A stretch of DNA of 64,000 nt from an uncultured bacterium (GCA_963707655.1 OY970172.1:320001-384000), one strand, 5' to 3'; numbered from the stretch's first letter, positions 1 through 9,975 are shown. Program-made: numbers and translations. The notes: a model not told the origin generated them from the sequence alone.

Positions 1-850
1 CAAAATCTATTGATTGATCCAACTTCATGGCGCTCTGGGTGCCATAATTGCTCGTGCCAAAAAAAACAATGGGAAAGGAAAAGGTAGTTTGATATATACT
101 GTTTTTGTCATTTTCAAATTGCTTCTTATCTTGCTCTTCAAATGCTTTAATTTTATTTTCACTCGCAGCATAACAAGACATACAGATCAATATTTTTGTA
201 CGTAGTTTATACTGCAGAAAATGAGTAAATGTTTTAAATTCTTCGATAGTTGAATCGGCTATGATGTCGCGCGCGCCATGGCCAACCAGATAAACTATCC
301 AGTCTATGACATTTGATGCATCTTCTTGTTTAGAGAAAAAGAAATTTGAAATAGTTTGTTCAAAAGAAGGGTAGATCTTTGATAGGGATGCTACGGCATT
401 TTCGCTCACCTCGTCCCAAGTAACTTTTTTCAAATTGCCTAGTTTTATACCGTGCGCAGCGGCCGTCTCTTCCCAGTTTTTATCATACATGCAATACAAG
501 CCATCGATTTCTCTTATAATGAAATGCTCTTTCATTATGGCGACATGTTTGCTGGCTTGCAGTTTTTTAAATACATGAATTGCTAATGATTTGGAAAACA
601 AAATGGGGGCCGAGGGGCTGCGTAGAATAGTAAAGTATAGTTGTTTAGTAAGAGGAATAGGCTTAAGTTTTTCCGGGATTTCTTTGTTTTGACTCATGGC
701 ATATTCTTTGTTCGTTCGATCGAGCATTATGATAATACCCTGTGTTACTTTGGTGGTTCGTATTTCTTCAATTTCAGCCGCTTTATTGCTGAACTCGAAA
801 ATGAATATGATGAGTGTTAGCGATAGCCATGGTATACAATTGTTATTCAT
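1..850 (-). CDS. Secreted hypothetical protein with clan CD cysteine-protease-like dyad (3' end runs off window)
   Basis: Not in ORF track. Frame read by hand is open from ATG 850 to the window edge: MNNNCIPWLSLTLIIFIF... with WIVYLVGHG and LICMSCYA motifs. Confidence 0.7.
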   Translation of the reverse strand, partial: MNNNCIPWLSLTLIIFIFEFSNKAAEIEEIRTTKVTQGIIIMLDRTNKEYAMSQNKEIPEKLKPIPLTKQLYFTILRSPSAPILFSKSLAIHVFKKLQASKHVAIMKEHFIIREIDGLYCMYDKNWEETAAAHGIKLGNLKKVTWDEVSENAVASLSKIYPSFEQTISNFFFSKQEDASNVIDWIVYLVGHGARDIIADSTIEEFKTFTHFLQYKLRTKILICMSCYAASENKIKAFEEQDKKQFENDKNSIYQTTFSFPIVFFGTSNYGTQSAMKLDQSIDF

Positions 851-1098
851 ATGAACCCCATAAAAAAGTAGATTGCTCCTTCTTTTTAACCTAGCATTGA
901 CGAAGAGACTAAAGATAGAATATCAATCTATTATTTTAATGAAAAACCATATGTTATTGTATGTTCCTTTTAAGTGATGCAAAAATGCATCAAATGAGGT
1001 AAAATCAATTATGAGCATCGCTTATTCTTATTTTCGTGATAAAGAGACGCGAGCCGATCTGTAGAATAAAGAACAATTCATGAAAAGGGCTCAGATAG

Positions 1099-1602
1099 AT
1101 GGATTATGAAATCATAGATTATGTTGATGATAATGATTGCGTAGTTGGTTCAATACTGCGTTCTGAATATAAGACCGTCTGTCCTCCCTATCATATCCGC
1201 GGTGTTCAGGGTTTTATTAGAAATGATGAAGGCAAACTCTGGATTCCTCGCCGCACATTTACCAAAAAACTTTTGCCTGGGGGGTTGGATTCTGCTGTTG
1301 GTGGTTTTGTGCAAGCAGGTGAAACGTATGATCAAGCCTTTGCGCGAGAACTGAAAGAAGAATTAAACCTTATAGCAGAAAAGATTACGGTACAGAAAAT
1401 TGCGACATTGACCCCTTTTCAAGGGCTCCCTGCTTTTTTGCACGTCTATGAAATTCAGATGAATGAAGCCCCCGATTATAACACAGAAGATTTCTGCGAA
1501 TATGCATGGATGACTCCCGATGAAATTCTTGCGCATCTTGCCCAGGGAGCATTGGCCAAGAAAGTGTTATCGCATGTCAAAACACTGTTTCCTGACCGCT
1601 GA
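1099..1602 (+). CDS. NUDIX hydrolase (Idi/YfcD-like)
   Basis: Nudix box GGFVQAGETYDQAFARELKEELNL. Confidence 0.9.
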   Translation: MDYEIIDYVDDNDCVVGSILRSEYKTVCPPYHIRGVQGFIRNDEGKLWIPRRTFTKKLLPGGLDSAVGGFVQAGETYDQAFARELKEELNLIAEKITVQKIATLTPFQGLPAFLHVYEIQMNEAPDYNTEDFCEYAWMTPDEILAHLAQGALAKKVLSHVKTLFPDR

Positions 1603-1611
1603 TCACTATGC

Positions 1612-2205
1612 TTAGTAAGAGTATCCTATGCCCGCTCTGAAATCAAAGCCGCCGACATCATGTTTTTGCCCGCGTATCTTTTCGCGCGGAAACAAGTATC
1701 TGAATGCGCCAGTTATATCAAGGTCACCACACGTCTGATAGTTAAAGCCGAGCTCTAATTCTCCAATACCTTTAGTGCGCTTTACTCGCCCTAAATAGCT
1801 CTTTTCTTTAATGAATATCGCCCCGGCACCTAATGAGGCGTACCCTTGCAGCCCCTCATAGCAAGAATCAAACAATCGGCGTAAATAAAAGGTGAGGGGT
1901 ATTTCTCGTAAGCAGGTGCATTGTTTATAAAAGGTTGTTTTGCCTCGCGCGCGCCAATAACTTAACTTTGCACCGATGCCCCATAGCTCTTTAGGGTAAT
2001 AGCATGCATCCGCGGTTATCACGTTTTGTATCCCATGGCCATACACTTCTTTAAATATATGATCATGTTTAAAAACATAGCCGGTGGTGAAGGCGACTGA
2101 AGAGAATGAGCAGTTTTCCTCCTCTTCTTGGGCAGCTAAACAGAATGATGATGTGCAGAGAGCGGATACAGTAAAGAGGAAAATTGTAAAGATGTTTTTT
2201 TTCAT
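1612..2205 (-). CDS. Small outer-membrane beta-barrel protein
   Basis: Signal peptide, alternating amphipathic strands, C-terminal FRAGIGYSY aromatic end. Confidence 0.7.
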   Translation of the reverse strand: MKKNIFTIFLFTVSALCTSSFCLAAQEEEENCSFSSVAFTTGYVFKHDHIFKEVYGHGIQNVITADACYYPKELWGIGAKLSYWRARGKTTFYKQCTCLREIPLTFYLRRLFDSCYEGLQGYASLGAGAIFIKEKSYLGRVKRTKGIGELELGFNYQTCGDLDITGAFRYLFPREKIRGQKHDVGGFDFRAGIGYSY

Positions 2206-2213
2206 TTTCGTTC

Positions 2214-3962
2214 CTAGTTTTGATTAAGTGATGCTAGCCACATTCTTTCATAGGCGGTGTTAAGAGCACCGTCAGGATATATTGCCATGACTCTATAATC
2301 TTTATAGTAATTGGGGGTCGCAAATGACCAGGTGTTGGTACCTTGTGAATCGGTGAAGGTGCCGCCGAGTAAAACATCACCGCCAAAAATATATACTTTT
2401 GATGGGTTTTGCGCCGTGCCGGATAGAATGGCCCCTTGTGAGGTTCTATTGACATAGTGAAGAGTAGTTGGTGTCAACGCCGGCCCTCCTATGTAGCGGG
2501 CGATTTGCGCAATAGTGTATGCTGAATTTGAGCCGACAGCAACAATTCTGCCATTTTGCTGCAGCGCACCGCTAAAGGCAACTGCTCCGGGTGGCGCTTC
2601 CACAATGCCTGCTGTGCCGAATGAGGTATCAAGGGTGCCATTGCTGTTATAGCGTATTATTTGAAATGTTGGACCCTGGTCACTCGGTAGACCAACAAGA
2701 ATGATTTTTCCGTCAGGCTGTAAGAATGCATCGTTCATAATGCCTGTGGGGCCAGTAATTACGCCGCCACCAAAAGTAGTATCAAGAGAACCATCAGTAT
2801 TAAATCGTGCTAGCATAATGCTCAGGCCCAATGTGTTGCCTGCTACAATTATTTTTCCGTTCGGCTGCAGAAGTAAGCCTGACCATAAACCTGCTGGAGC
2901 TGCCCCCGCAATAAAGCTAGGATCAAGAGTGCCATCAGTGTTATAGCGTACCAAGGTTAAATCAAAAGTGCTGCTATTGCCGGAAACAATGATTTTACCA
3001 TCGCTTTGGATTTGTACGGCTTGGGCAAATTCCTCAGGTCCACTTTCAAATACGATATCAATGCTGCCATTGCTGTTATAGCGCACAACTTCAAATAATT
3101 CGGTATCGTTATTGGTGCCGACAAAGAGAATTTTGCTATCTGTTTGTAGCGTAAGCATGCTGCCAACGCCGACGGGTCCAACTACAGAACCACCGCTAAA
3201 TGTTGTATCAATCGTGCCATTGGCGGTATACCGAATCATTTGAAAATTTTCAGATAAGGAATCTGTTCCACCTATGATAATTTTTTCATCAGGTTGTATG
3301 ATGATGGTGAAGCCAAATATTCCCGTTGTATCGGTAACAATACCGGCGAAACCAAAAGATGAATCAAGCGTTCCGTCGATATTGTATCGTATTGTTACTG
3401 TTGCCCCGTTATCATTCGGTCCAACGGTCACAATTTTTCCATCGGGTTGAATGGCAGATGCAAATGCAGAAAAGGCGCTTGGGGGAGTAGCTACAAATCC
3501 TGCTCCATTGCCAAATGATGGATCAAGGCTTCCGCTCTGTAATTGTGAATATGCTTGATTCGCAGAAGCAGTAAGTAGTATTTGTGTGGCTGAAAAAGCC
3601 CCATTTCTGAGCAAAAATTCTATCATAAATTTAGCATTCACGGGATTGCTGATCGCCGCTCGTAATGGGGTAACGCCAGCAGTATTAGGTGTATTTACAA
3701 TTGTTGCAAAAGCAGGGGCATTGACGTTATATAATTGCGTAGTGAAATAGGATTGGCTGTTTTGCGCAGCGAGCATGAGCATGGTGTTTCCGTCCGTATC
3801 AGTATTGGTGATATTGGCAGAATCACTTGCATACGTGACGAGTGTTGGTGTCAGATCGCTTGTTACGATATCGTTGATAATATTAGGCGGCAGCGGTGCG
3901 CTTTCAGATGTTGCATGGGCGAATACTAAGCAGCACAGAATGTTTTTATACCATTGCTTCAT
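2214..3962 (-). CDS. Secreted protein with ankyrin-like N-terminus and delta-60-type beta-propeller repeats
   Basis: DGNTMLMLAA and AGVTPLRAAI ankyrin-like motifs; repeated IQPDGKI...RYNxDGTLDxSF units. Confidence 0.8.
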   Translation of the reverse strand: MKQWYKNILCCLVFAHATSESAPLPPNIINDIVTSDLTPTLVTYASDSANITNTDTDGNTMLMLAAQNSQSYFTTQLYNVNAPAFATIVNTPNTAGVTPLRAAISNPVNAKFMIEFLLRNGAFSATQILLTASANQAYSQLQSGSLDPSFGNGAGFVATPPSAFSAFASAIQPDGKIVTVGPNDNGATVTIRYNIDGTLDSSFGFAGIVTDTTGIFGFTIIIQPDEKIIIGGTDSLSENFQMIRYTANGTIDTTFSGGSVVGPVGVGSMLTLQTDSKILFVGTNNDTELFEVVRYNSNGSIDIVFESGPEEFAQAVQIQSDGKIIVSGNSSTFDLTLVRYNTDGTLDPSFIAGAAPAGLWSGLLLQPNGKIIVAGNTLGLSIMLARFNTDGSLDTTFGGGVITGPTGIMNDAFLQPDGKIILVGLPSDQGPTFQIIRYNSNGTLDTSFGTAGIVEAPPGAVAFSGALQQNGRIVAVGSNSAYTIAQIARYIGGPALTPTTLHYVNRTSQGAILSGTAQNPSKVYIFGGDVLLGGTFTDSQGTNTWSFATPNYYKDYRVMAIYPDGALNTAYERMWLASLNQN

Positions 3963-4167
3963 TCAAAATTCCTTCTTTCTTTAACGGTCGGGATTTTAAA
4001 ACTTCCGTTAATCTATCGCATCTCTTTATGCATTTGCAACATATTTAATTTCTGAACTTGTTTTATGGCCAAAGAATGAGACAAGAAGAAAATGAGAATT
4101 TTTTTAGCGTGATACCAGAAAAATAGTGTCAAAAAAACGAATTAAGGTACAATAATTAATATTTTTG

Positions 4168-4254
4168 GCGCCCGTAGCTTCCTCCTATGCTTATCCATGC
4201 CCGGTGCTCTTTGAAGGAGCACTGTTTTCGGCTTGGCAAGCTACGGCGGACAGG
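4168..4254 (+). repeat. Structured palindromic element starting with a 12-nt copy of the tRNA 5' end
   Basis: gcgcccgtagct 4168-4179 equals tRNA 4311-4322; ccgtagctt (4172-4180) pairs with aagctacgg (4238-4246); inner gtgctc/gagcac hairpin. Confidence 0.55.
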
Positions 4255-4310
4255 ACGCAACGGGATCCTCGCTTTGAAATAAAATGAACGAGAGATAAAA
4301 TGATTAGTAT

Positions 4311-4387
4311 GCGCCCGTAGCTCAGATGGATAGAGCGATAGATTCCTAATCTGTAGGCCATGGGTTCGAATCCCGTCGGGCGCACCA
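4311..4387 (+). tRNA. tRNA-Arg (anticodon CCT)
   Basis: Cloverleaf: acceptor gcgcccg/cgggcgc, anticodon loop ttcctaa, T-loop ttcgaat, encoded CCA. Confidence 0.97.
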
Positions 4388-4494
4388 CTCTTCGTCTATT
4401 CGGGCCATCAGCCCCTGTATCGGCGAAGCATTCTCCCTTATAATTTTCTGAAGTTATTGAGGTTATTCATGTTTATTGTGTTATTAAAAACATA

Positions 4495-4821
4495 TTGAGT
4501 ATAATTTTTTTCATCTTTGCACTATTAATTATTCTAGGCATATACTTTTTGAAAAAAAGTGATGAAAGAAAACAAATTTTACAGCAGGCGTACAGCGACG
4601 CCACTCAAACATGTAGCGTGAGACTTGTGTCTGTAGGTCCAGAAAAAATTAAAATCATCAAAACTTTTCGAAATTATGTGGATTGGGATTTGACACTTGC
4701 TAAGCAAAAATTGCTAGACACGCCGTTACCTACCGTTGTTGTTTGGAAAATGCCATTATCATTGGGAAAGCAGCTTCAGGAAGATTTGCTAAAGTACGAT
4801 ACTATTATTGAAATATTGTAG
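4495..4821 (+). CDS. Membrane-anchored protein with ribosomal L7/L12 C-terminal-like domain (start possibly frameshifted)
   Basis: N-terminal TM; VRLVSVGPEKIKIIKTFR...DLTLAKQ resembles L7/L12 CTD; the RBS-preceded ATG 4469 is out of frame. Confidence 0.55.
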   Translation: MSIIFFIFALLIILGIYFLKKSDERKQILQQAYSDATQTCSVRLVSVGPEKIKIIKTFRNYVDWDLTLAKQKLLDTPLPTVVVWKMPLSLGKQLQEDLLKYDTIIEIL

Positions 4822-4931
4822 ATCAGTATTCACAGTCTTCATGCAAATTCCGTCTTTTCTCTGTTCATAAATTCTTGATTATAACCCCACTATATCACTA
4901 TCATATACACCGTGTAGAGCTGAAATGACTC

Positions 4932-4983
4932 ATTGTTAAAAGGAGTTGATATGCCTTATAAAGTTGGTAAGAAGACAAAAACA
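4932..4983 (+). repeat. 52-bp direct repeat, copy 1
   Basis: attgttaaaaggagttgatatgccttataaagttggtaagaagacaaaaaca, identical to 5617-5668. Confidence 0.95.
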
Positions 4984-5077
4984 GGTTGTGTTGGTAGTAA
5001 TTGGGTAAAATCTTAATGTTCTTGTTCAACGGTTACAATGTACATTACAACCGTTGATTTTTTATTTATGGAAAATC

Positions 5078-5575
5078 ATGATCAAAAAAATAATATTTTT
5101 CATAGCATTTGTGTTATTGGCCCTCGTTTATTCTTATCACTATGCATTTGGGCAGAGAGCGGATAACGAGACACTTATAAAAAACATTATGATGTATCCC
5201 ATGCCCCACATCCTTGCAAGATGTCAAAAGGATTATAATTATACTGATGAGGATATGATTATTCTCGAAAAAGAACTTAAACGATATCTCATTCTCTCAT
5301 TCGTTAATGATGAAGCGGATTTAGATACAGGGATGTATAGTGAAGATGTTGATAATCTTTGGCACACATTCATTCTATTTACCAATGAATATGCCGCATT
5401 TTGCAATAAACATTTTAATCGATTCATGCATCACATCCCGGAAATTGATACACAATCTACTCCGGAAGAATTAGAAGAAGATCGTAAAGACTTTCAAGCA
5501 TTTATAAAAGGCTATCAAGAAGTTTTTAAGGAGGAAATCCACCCTGTATGGTATCTTGGTATTCGCGAGGGGTAA
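5078..5575 (+). CDS. Exported protein with glycine-rich-domain-protein (GRDP)-like motif
   Basis: Signal peptide; VDNLWHTFILFTNEYAAFC...FMHHIP motif. Confidence 0.65.
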   Translation: MIKKIIFFIAFVLLALVYSYHYAFGQRADNETLIKNIMMYPMPHILARCQKDYNYTDEDMIILEKELKRYLILSFVNDEADLDTGMYSEDVDNLWHTFILFTNEYAAFCNKHFNRFMHHIPEIDTQSTPEELEEDRKDFQAFIKGYQEVFKEEIHPVWYLGIREG

Positions 5576-5616
5576 TGAACGATCGATAAAATTACGAATG
5601 AGTCATGAGACGACTG

Positions 5617-5668
5617 ATTGTTAAAAGGAGTTGATATGCCTTATAAAGTTGGTAAGAAGACAAAAACA
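5617..5668 (+). repeat. 52-bp direct repeat, copy 2
   Basis: Identical to 4932-4983. Confidence 0.95.
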
Positions 5669-5788
5669 AAAGGTTGGCCCATATTAAAATTTGAAAATGG
5701 AAAATGGAGTGTTATTGCACATTCAGATTCTAAATCAAACGCAGAAGCGAGCATTAGGGCTCGCCATGTGGGTGCGCATAAAAAATAA
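5636..5788 (+). CDS. Small basic protein (50 aa)
   Basis: Not in track. RBS aaggag, then MPYKVGKKTKTKGWPILKFENGKWSVIAHSDSKSNAEASIRARHVGAHKK. Confidence 0.7.
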   Translation: MPYKVGKKTKTKGWPILKFENGKWSVIAHSDSKSNAEASIRARHVGAHKK

Positions 5789-5836
5789 TGGTGCAGGACG
5801 CACTCACTTTGAAAAAGGCTGTTGTTTATTACGAAT

Positions 5837-6235
5837 TTATATCCAGAAATTGTAGAGCAGCAAGCCAAAAATTAATAGATTAATAATGTAGAGAGATGTG
5901 CACAAAAGGCAGAGCGATTTTATTTTGAAATATAATAAATACGCCAATCCCGCTGATATGATACATGCTCCTAGTGCAAGGATGAAAAGAAGTTGTGTCA
6001 TATTAAAATATGCCAAAAAAATAACTGCTGTATAATATGTCGTGCTGATGAGAGCGTTAGAGAAAAAGAATATATTCGCATAAGGACTGAGCATTGGTTT
6101 GCTGCACGAAATGCGATCAGATAAATCACACACCGGTTTATATGCAGAATCACGCTTAATTTTCTGTTCAACCCAATACGTATATAACGAGATAAAAAAG
6201 CCAATAGTCGCAAGAATAATAATTATTTGCATCAT
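5837..6235 (-). CDS. Vitamin K epoxide reductase (VKOR) family protein
   Basis: CDLSDRISCS loop cysteines, TM helices, C-terminal CLLC redox motif. Confidence 0.9.
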   Translation of the reverse strand: MMQIIIILATIGFFISLYTYWVEQKIKRDSAYKPVCDLSDRISCSKPMLSPYANIFFFSNALISTTYYTAVIFLAYFNMTQLLFILALGACIISAGLAYLLYFKIKSLCLLCTSLYIINLLIFGLLLYNFWI

Positions 6236-6468
6236 GATATTCCTCATTTTTTAAAATGTGCAATGGTCTTTTGCCAAAGAATATCTCTTTTTTCTTCTGA
6301 AACTCAATATATGGGTCGAATAAGGTGCATGGTGAGATTAAGAAAACGATCAAAAATTAAGATACGAATAAGCCCCCAAGGAAACAGGTATTTTTGACAA
6401 ATAGAGTAATTTTTATTAGCATTAATTGACTAAGGCTAGTTGTTAATAAATCAAATGGAGTCTACATT

Positions 6469-7410
6469 ATGAAATTATTATATTCAGCCCTTTTAGGGCT
6501 ATCTTTACTCGCCGCTCCCTCTATTCGGGGGATGGATGCTGCCACCAAAGCAACGGCTAAAAAGTTGTTTTCTCGGGTAATGACAGGGGCGCATTGGGGC
6601 TTAACGACTCTTCCTTTTTGGGAAAAATCATATAAGTTTGGAAAAGCGTATTGGAATGGCGATGAAATGGTTGCCCAAAGGTGTGATGCTCCTGCAGACA
6701 TTCAAGCATTTGTTCGTAGTGAATTAAAAAAGAGTGGTATTGAGCGCGCTGATTCAATTTCGGTTAAGCAGTTGAATCATGCAGCAACATGGTCCGCCAT
6801 CTTTGATAAAGCTATCGCCATCAGTACCCACGATTCGGTCCAAAAATATCCGGGCTGTAACCTCAAAAACCTACAAAAGGCACTTGCCGGAGATGCCGCT
6901 TATCGTGATGATCTTGATGCAGCTTGTTTTGCTATTCATCACGAGGCCGGGCATTTAAAAAGCAATGACGGTCTTAAAGGTGGGATCGCTTATGCGATTG
7001 CCCCTATAGCAATACATGCGGTCACCACGAGCCTATCGTTCGGTCGATTAAAATTATTGCAAAAACTTGGCAGAGAAATGCCTCAGCAGAGCTATTCCAT
7101 TGTCAAAAGCCTGCTCAAATTGCCTTCTGCGTTAGGAAAAGTTCTTGCAACTCATCTATCTGTACGTCAATATATTCAACATCAAGAATGGGCTGCTGAT
7201 GAGAATGTCCCTGCGCAAAAGCAGTTACTCAATGCGGGTAAAAAGTATTTTTTGACGCTCGATGAGCAATCAGAACATGCTAGACAGATGAAGGCACAAC
7301 CTGCTCTGCAGTTTTTTCAAAGGCATCCATCTAATGCTGCTCGCATCGCGCGTTTGGATGAGCGTATTGCTGAACTTGATGCTCGAGAGGCTCAACAAAA
7401 GCAATTATAA
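6469..7410 (+). CDS. Secreted M48-like zinc metalloprotease
   Basis: Signal peptide; HEAGH, EWAAD and HPSNAARI motifs. Confidence 0.75.
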   Translation: MKLLYSALLGLSLLAAPSIRGMDAATKATAKKLFSRVMTGAHWGLTTLPFWEKSYKFGKAYWNGDEMVAQRCDAPADIQAFVRSELKKSGIERADSISVKQLNHAATWSAIFDKAIAISTHDSVQKYPGCNLKNLQKALAGDAAYRDDLDAACFAIHHEAGHLKSNDGLKGGIAYAIAPIAIHAVTTSLSFGRLKLLQKLGREMPQQSYSIVKSLLKLPSALGKVLATHLSVRQYIQHQEWAADENVPAQKQLLNAGKKYFLTLDEQSEHARQMKAQPALQFFQRHPSNAARIARLDERIAELDAREAQQKQL

Positions 7411-7470
7411 AAGATACACTGGAATGTGTATCAAAATATTTTTTTAATTAATCGGGCTAGTAATTCATTA

Positions 7471-8652
7471 ATGAATAAAAGACATATTATTATCGGTGCT
7501 TCTGCAGCTGCTGTTGGAGCCATTAATGGCATTCGCCGTATTGATCCCCAGGCAGAAATTATATGCATTTCCGCTGAACAAGAGGCGCCTTACAATAAAT
7601 GTTTTTTGGCTGACTATCTTGCCGGTAAAAAACAGGCTGAACAGATTTCTATTTTTGATTCTGCACAACAACAGGCAAAGAATGTGCAGCTGATATTAAA
7701 TACACCCATCACTACCATTGATCCGCACAATAAACAGATTGTTGCCCAAGATGGTACACTATTTTCTTATGATTCCCTTTTGATTGCAACCGGAAGCTCT
7801 CCATGGATTCCACCCATTGCCGGGATACAAGATATACAGGGTATTTTTACTTTTCATACACATGCAGATGCGCAAGCCATTGCGCGCTATTGCGCAGAAC
7901 GGGCCATACAAAAAGCGATCATCGTGGGCGCAGGATTGAGCGGTCTTGAATGTGCCGACTCACTGCTCCAAAGAGGAATCGCGGTCGACATGGTTGTGCG
8001 TTCTCATGTTCTGAGCAGCCAATTTGATATTGAATCGGCCGATTTAGTTGCTTACCACGCACGCAACGCCGGCGTAAATTTTTATTTTAATGAGCGAGTA
8101 TCTACGTTGGTAGAAAAAGAAGGTAGAGTTTCAGGGGTGAATCTAGACAGTGGGCAGGAGTTGAGCGCAGAGCTTGTTGTTTTTGCTACTGGCTTGCGTC
8201 CCAATAGTCAGCTTGCTCGCGATGCCAGTATAGCAATTGAGCAGGGGGGTATAGTAACAAATCAGTATATGCAAACCTCAATGCCCTTTATTTACGCGGC
8301 AGGTGATGTTGCCTTGGTCCATGACCAGATTAGCAAGAAAGCGATGCTCAGTTGCTTGTGGCCCGATGCTATGCTGCAAGGATTAATAGCCGGTCAGGCC
8401 ATGGCGGGTCAATTTAAACCATATCCAGGGGTAGTACCCGTAATCAGTTCTGCCTTTTTTGGGCATAAAATCGCCAGCTATAATGCCTCGACACCTTCAC
8501 CCGCTTGGCACGTTATCCGTTCAACAGGGACTGATTTTTATAAGATTTATACAGAAGAAGATAGAGTTCGCGCCTTTTCTTTAGTCGGTTCAATTACCCT
8601 TTTGGGGCAACTCAAACGTGCTCTTTTAACCAATGAACCTTTCAATATTTAA
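7471..8652 (+). CDS. FAD/NAD(P)-dependent oxidoreductase (NirB/rubredoxin-reductase-like)
   Basis: IIIGASAAA, LIATGS, GAGLSGLE, IYAAGDVA motifs. Confidence 0.88.
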   Translation: MNKRHIIIGASAAAVGAINGIRRIDPQAEIICISAEQEAPYNKCFLADYLAGKKQAEQISIFDSAQQQAKNVQLILNTPITTIDPHNKQIVAQDGTLFSYDSLLIATGSSPWIPPIAGIQDIQGIFTFHTHADAQAIARYCAERAIQKAIIVGAGLSGLECADSLLQRGIAVDMVVRSHVLSSQFDIESADLVAYHARNAGVNFYFNERVSTLVEKEGRVSGVNLDSGQELSAELVVFATGLRPNSQLARDASIAIEQGGIVTNQYMQTSMPFIYAAGDVALVHDQISKKAMLSCLWPDAMLQGLIAGQAMAGQFKPYPGVVPVISSAFFGHKIASYNASTPSPAWHVIRSTGTDFYKIYTEEDRVRAFSLVGSITLLGQLKRALLTNEPFNI

Positions 8653-8702
8653 TTAATTCCTTTGTTAGCGCCCTGATGCCATTTTTCCCGATATAGAGCC
8701 GT

Positions 8703-8730
8703 TTGACAATACCCTGGCTACGCGTATAAT
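8703..8730 (+). promoter_or_regulatory. sigma70-type promoter
   Basis: TTGACA-N16-TATAAT upstream of ORF 8792. Confidence 0.65.
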
Positions 8731-8791
8731 TAATACTATAATTACAAATGGAATTAATAAATGGGTATAAATACCCTAAATGGAGGTTTCT

Positions 8792-9310
8792 ATGAAAACT
8801 ATACGAAATATTACTTTAGCTATCAGCTTGTTGGCTGGTATGTCTGCTTTTAACGTTTCGGCCATGTATCGGGATATGGCGACCATTCAGCGAGAAGCGA
8901 ACGAGTTTTTAGCTCCTGCTAAATTAACTTCTGTAGCGATTCCTGTTACATTAGCTCCTGCTGGAGAGACTTTGATTCAGAAATTAGGTTCAAATATATT
9001 TGCGGGCGCAAAAGTAGCTTGTGCCGCTACTAAAGATGCTGCGATTTCTGCTGCATCTTTTGCAAAGGATATAGGTATTAACTTGGCAGCGAAGACAGGA
9101 AGGCAGATGTTGAAAGAAGCAGTTGTGCTGACTGAAGGGCTTTCGCAAACCCCTCTTTTTACCACATGTGTATTGGGTGGTATAGGTATTGCAACGTATA
9201 AAGTTCTTTCAGCTAGGTGTTTTAGATTATCAAATACAGTAAAAATTGGTATTTCTGCCGCTGTACCCACAGCTCTTGTAGGCTTGGCGTATGTGTTGTC
9301 TCATAAATAA
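8792..9310 (+). CDS. Secreted/membrane hypothetical protein
   Basis: RBS ggagg, signal peptide ending VSA-M, C-terminal hydrophobic helices. Confidence 0.7.
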   Translation: MKTIRNITLAISLLAGMSAFNVSAMYRDMATIQREANEFLAPAKLTSVAIPVTLAPAGETLIQKLGSNIFAGAKVACAATKDAAISAASFAKDIGINLAAKTGRQMLKEAVVLTEGLSQTPLFTTCVLGGIGIATYKVLSARCFRLSNTVKIGISAAVPTALVGLAYVLSHK

Positions 9311-9380
9311 TGAGATTTAGGTAAAATGATTATAGAAGCCGAGAAATCGGCCTTCTATTTTTTCAATAAGAGGTGGATCT

Positions 9381-9845
9381 ATGAAGAATAGTACACGATT
9401 AATGACCTTAGTTTTTGCTTTGTCTTGTCTTTTTGGCTTTACATATGCGGCAGAAATAGAACAATCATCGATGGCAACGGAACAAGTGCAGCAATCATCA
9501 TCATTGCTTGCTCCATTAGCTCAGTGGACGGCTTCTGCTTTTATAAGTAGCTACCTGTCTCAGTTTGTACCCTGTGCCATGGCTAAAGTGGGAGCAGGAT
9601 TATCATTATCTGTTGTGGGTAATGTGTACGAAAATTATAAAAACGGTGATATGACCAGCACTAAAGCAATGGCAAATCTCATTCCTGTCTCGGTAAGATC
9701 CTTTCTCGCCAATGCTTCTTCAAAGCCTGCTTTAACGCTCGCAACAGGGGCATGCTTTGTAGCGGCGGCATATGCGCCGTCTTTTGGTATCTCTCCTTTA
9801 TGTCCGATGTTCGCAAGCTTTATTTTGCAGAATGCTATTGCTTGA
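9381..9845 (+). CDS. Secreted/membrane hypothetical protein
   Basis: RBS gaggtgg, signal peptide. Confidence 0.7.
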   Translation: MKNSTRLMTLVFALSCLFGFTYAAEIEQSSMATEQVQQSSSLLAPLAQWTASAFISSYLSQFVPCAMAKVGAGLSLSVVGNVYENYKNGDMTSTKAMANLIPVSVRSFLANASSKPALTLATGACFVAAAYAPSFGISPLCPMFASFILQNAIA

Positions 9846-9975
9846 TGCAATAATCGCGATTAAAATTGACCCATTTTCACCCACTCATTGATTGACAAAT
9901 AGAATTAAATAAGGTTATGATTATTTTTGAGCATGACGTGTTTCAATCTGTTTAGAAAATCGATAGAGAATCTTT

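Noticed and set aside
4191..4388. 65-aa minus-strand ORF MVRPTGFEP...
   Set aside because: Antisense translation of the tRNA
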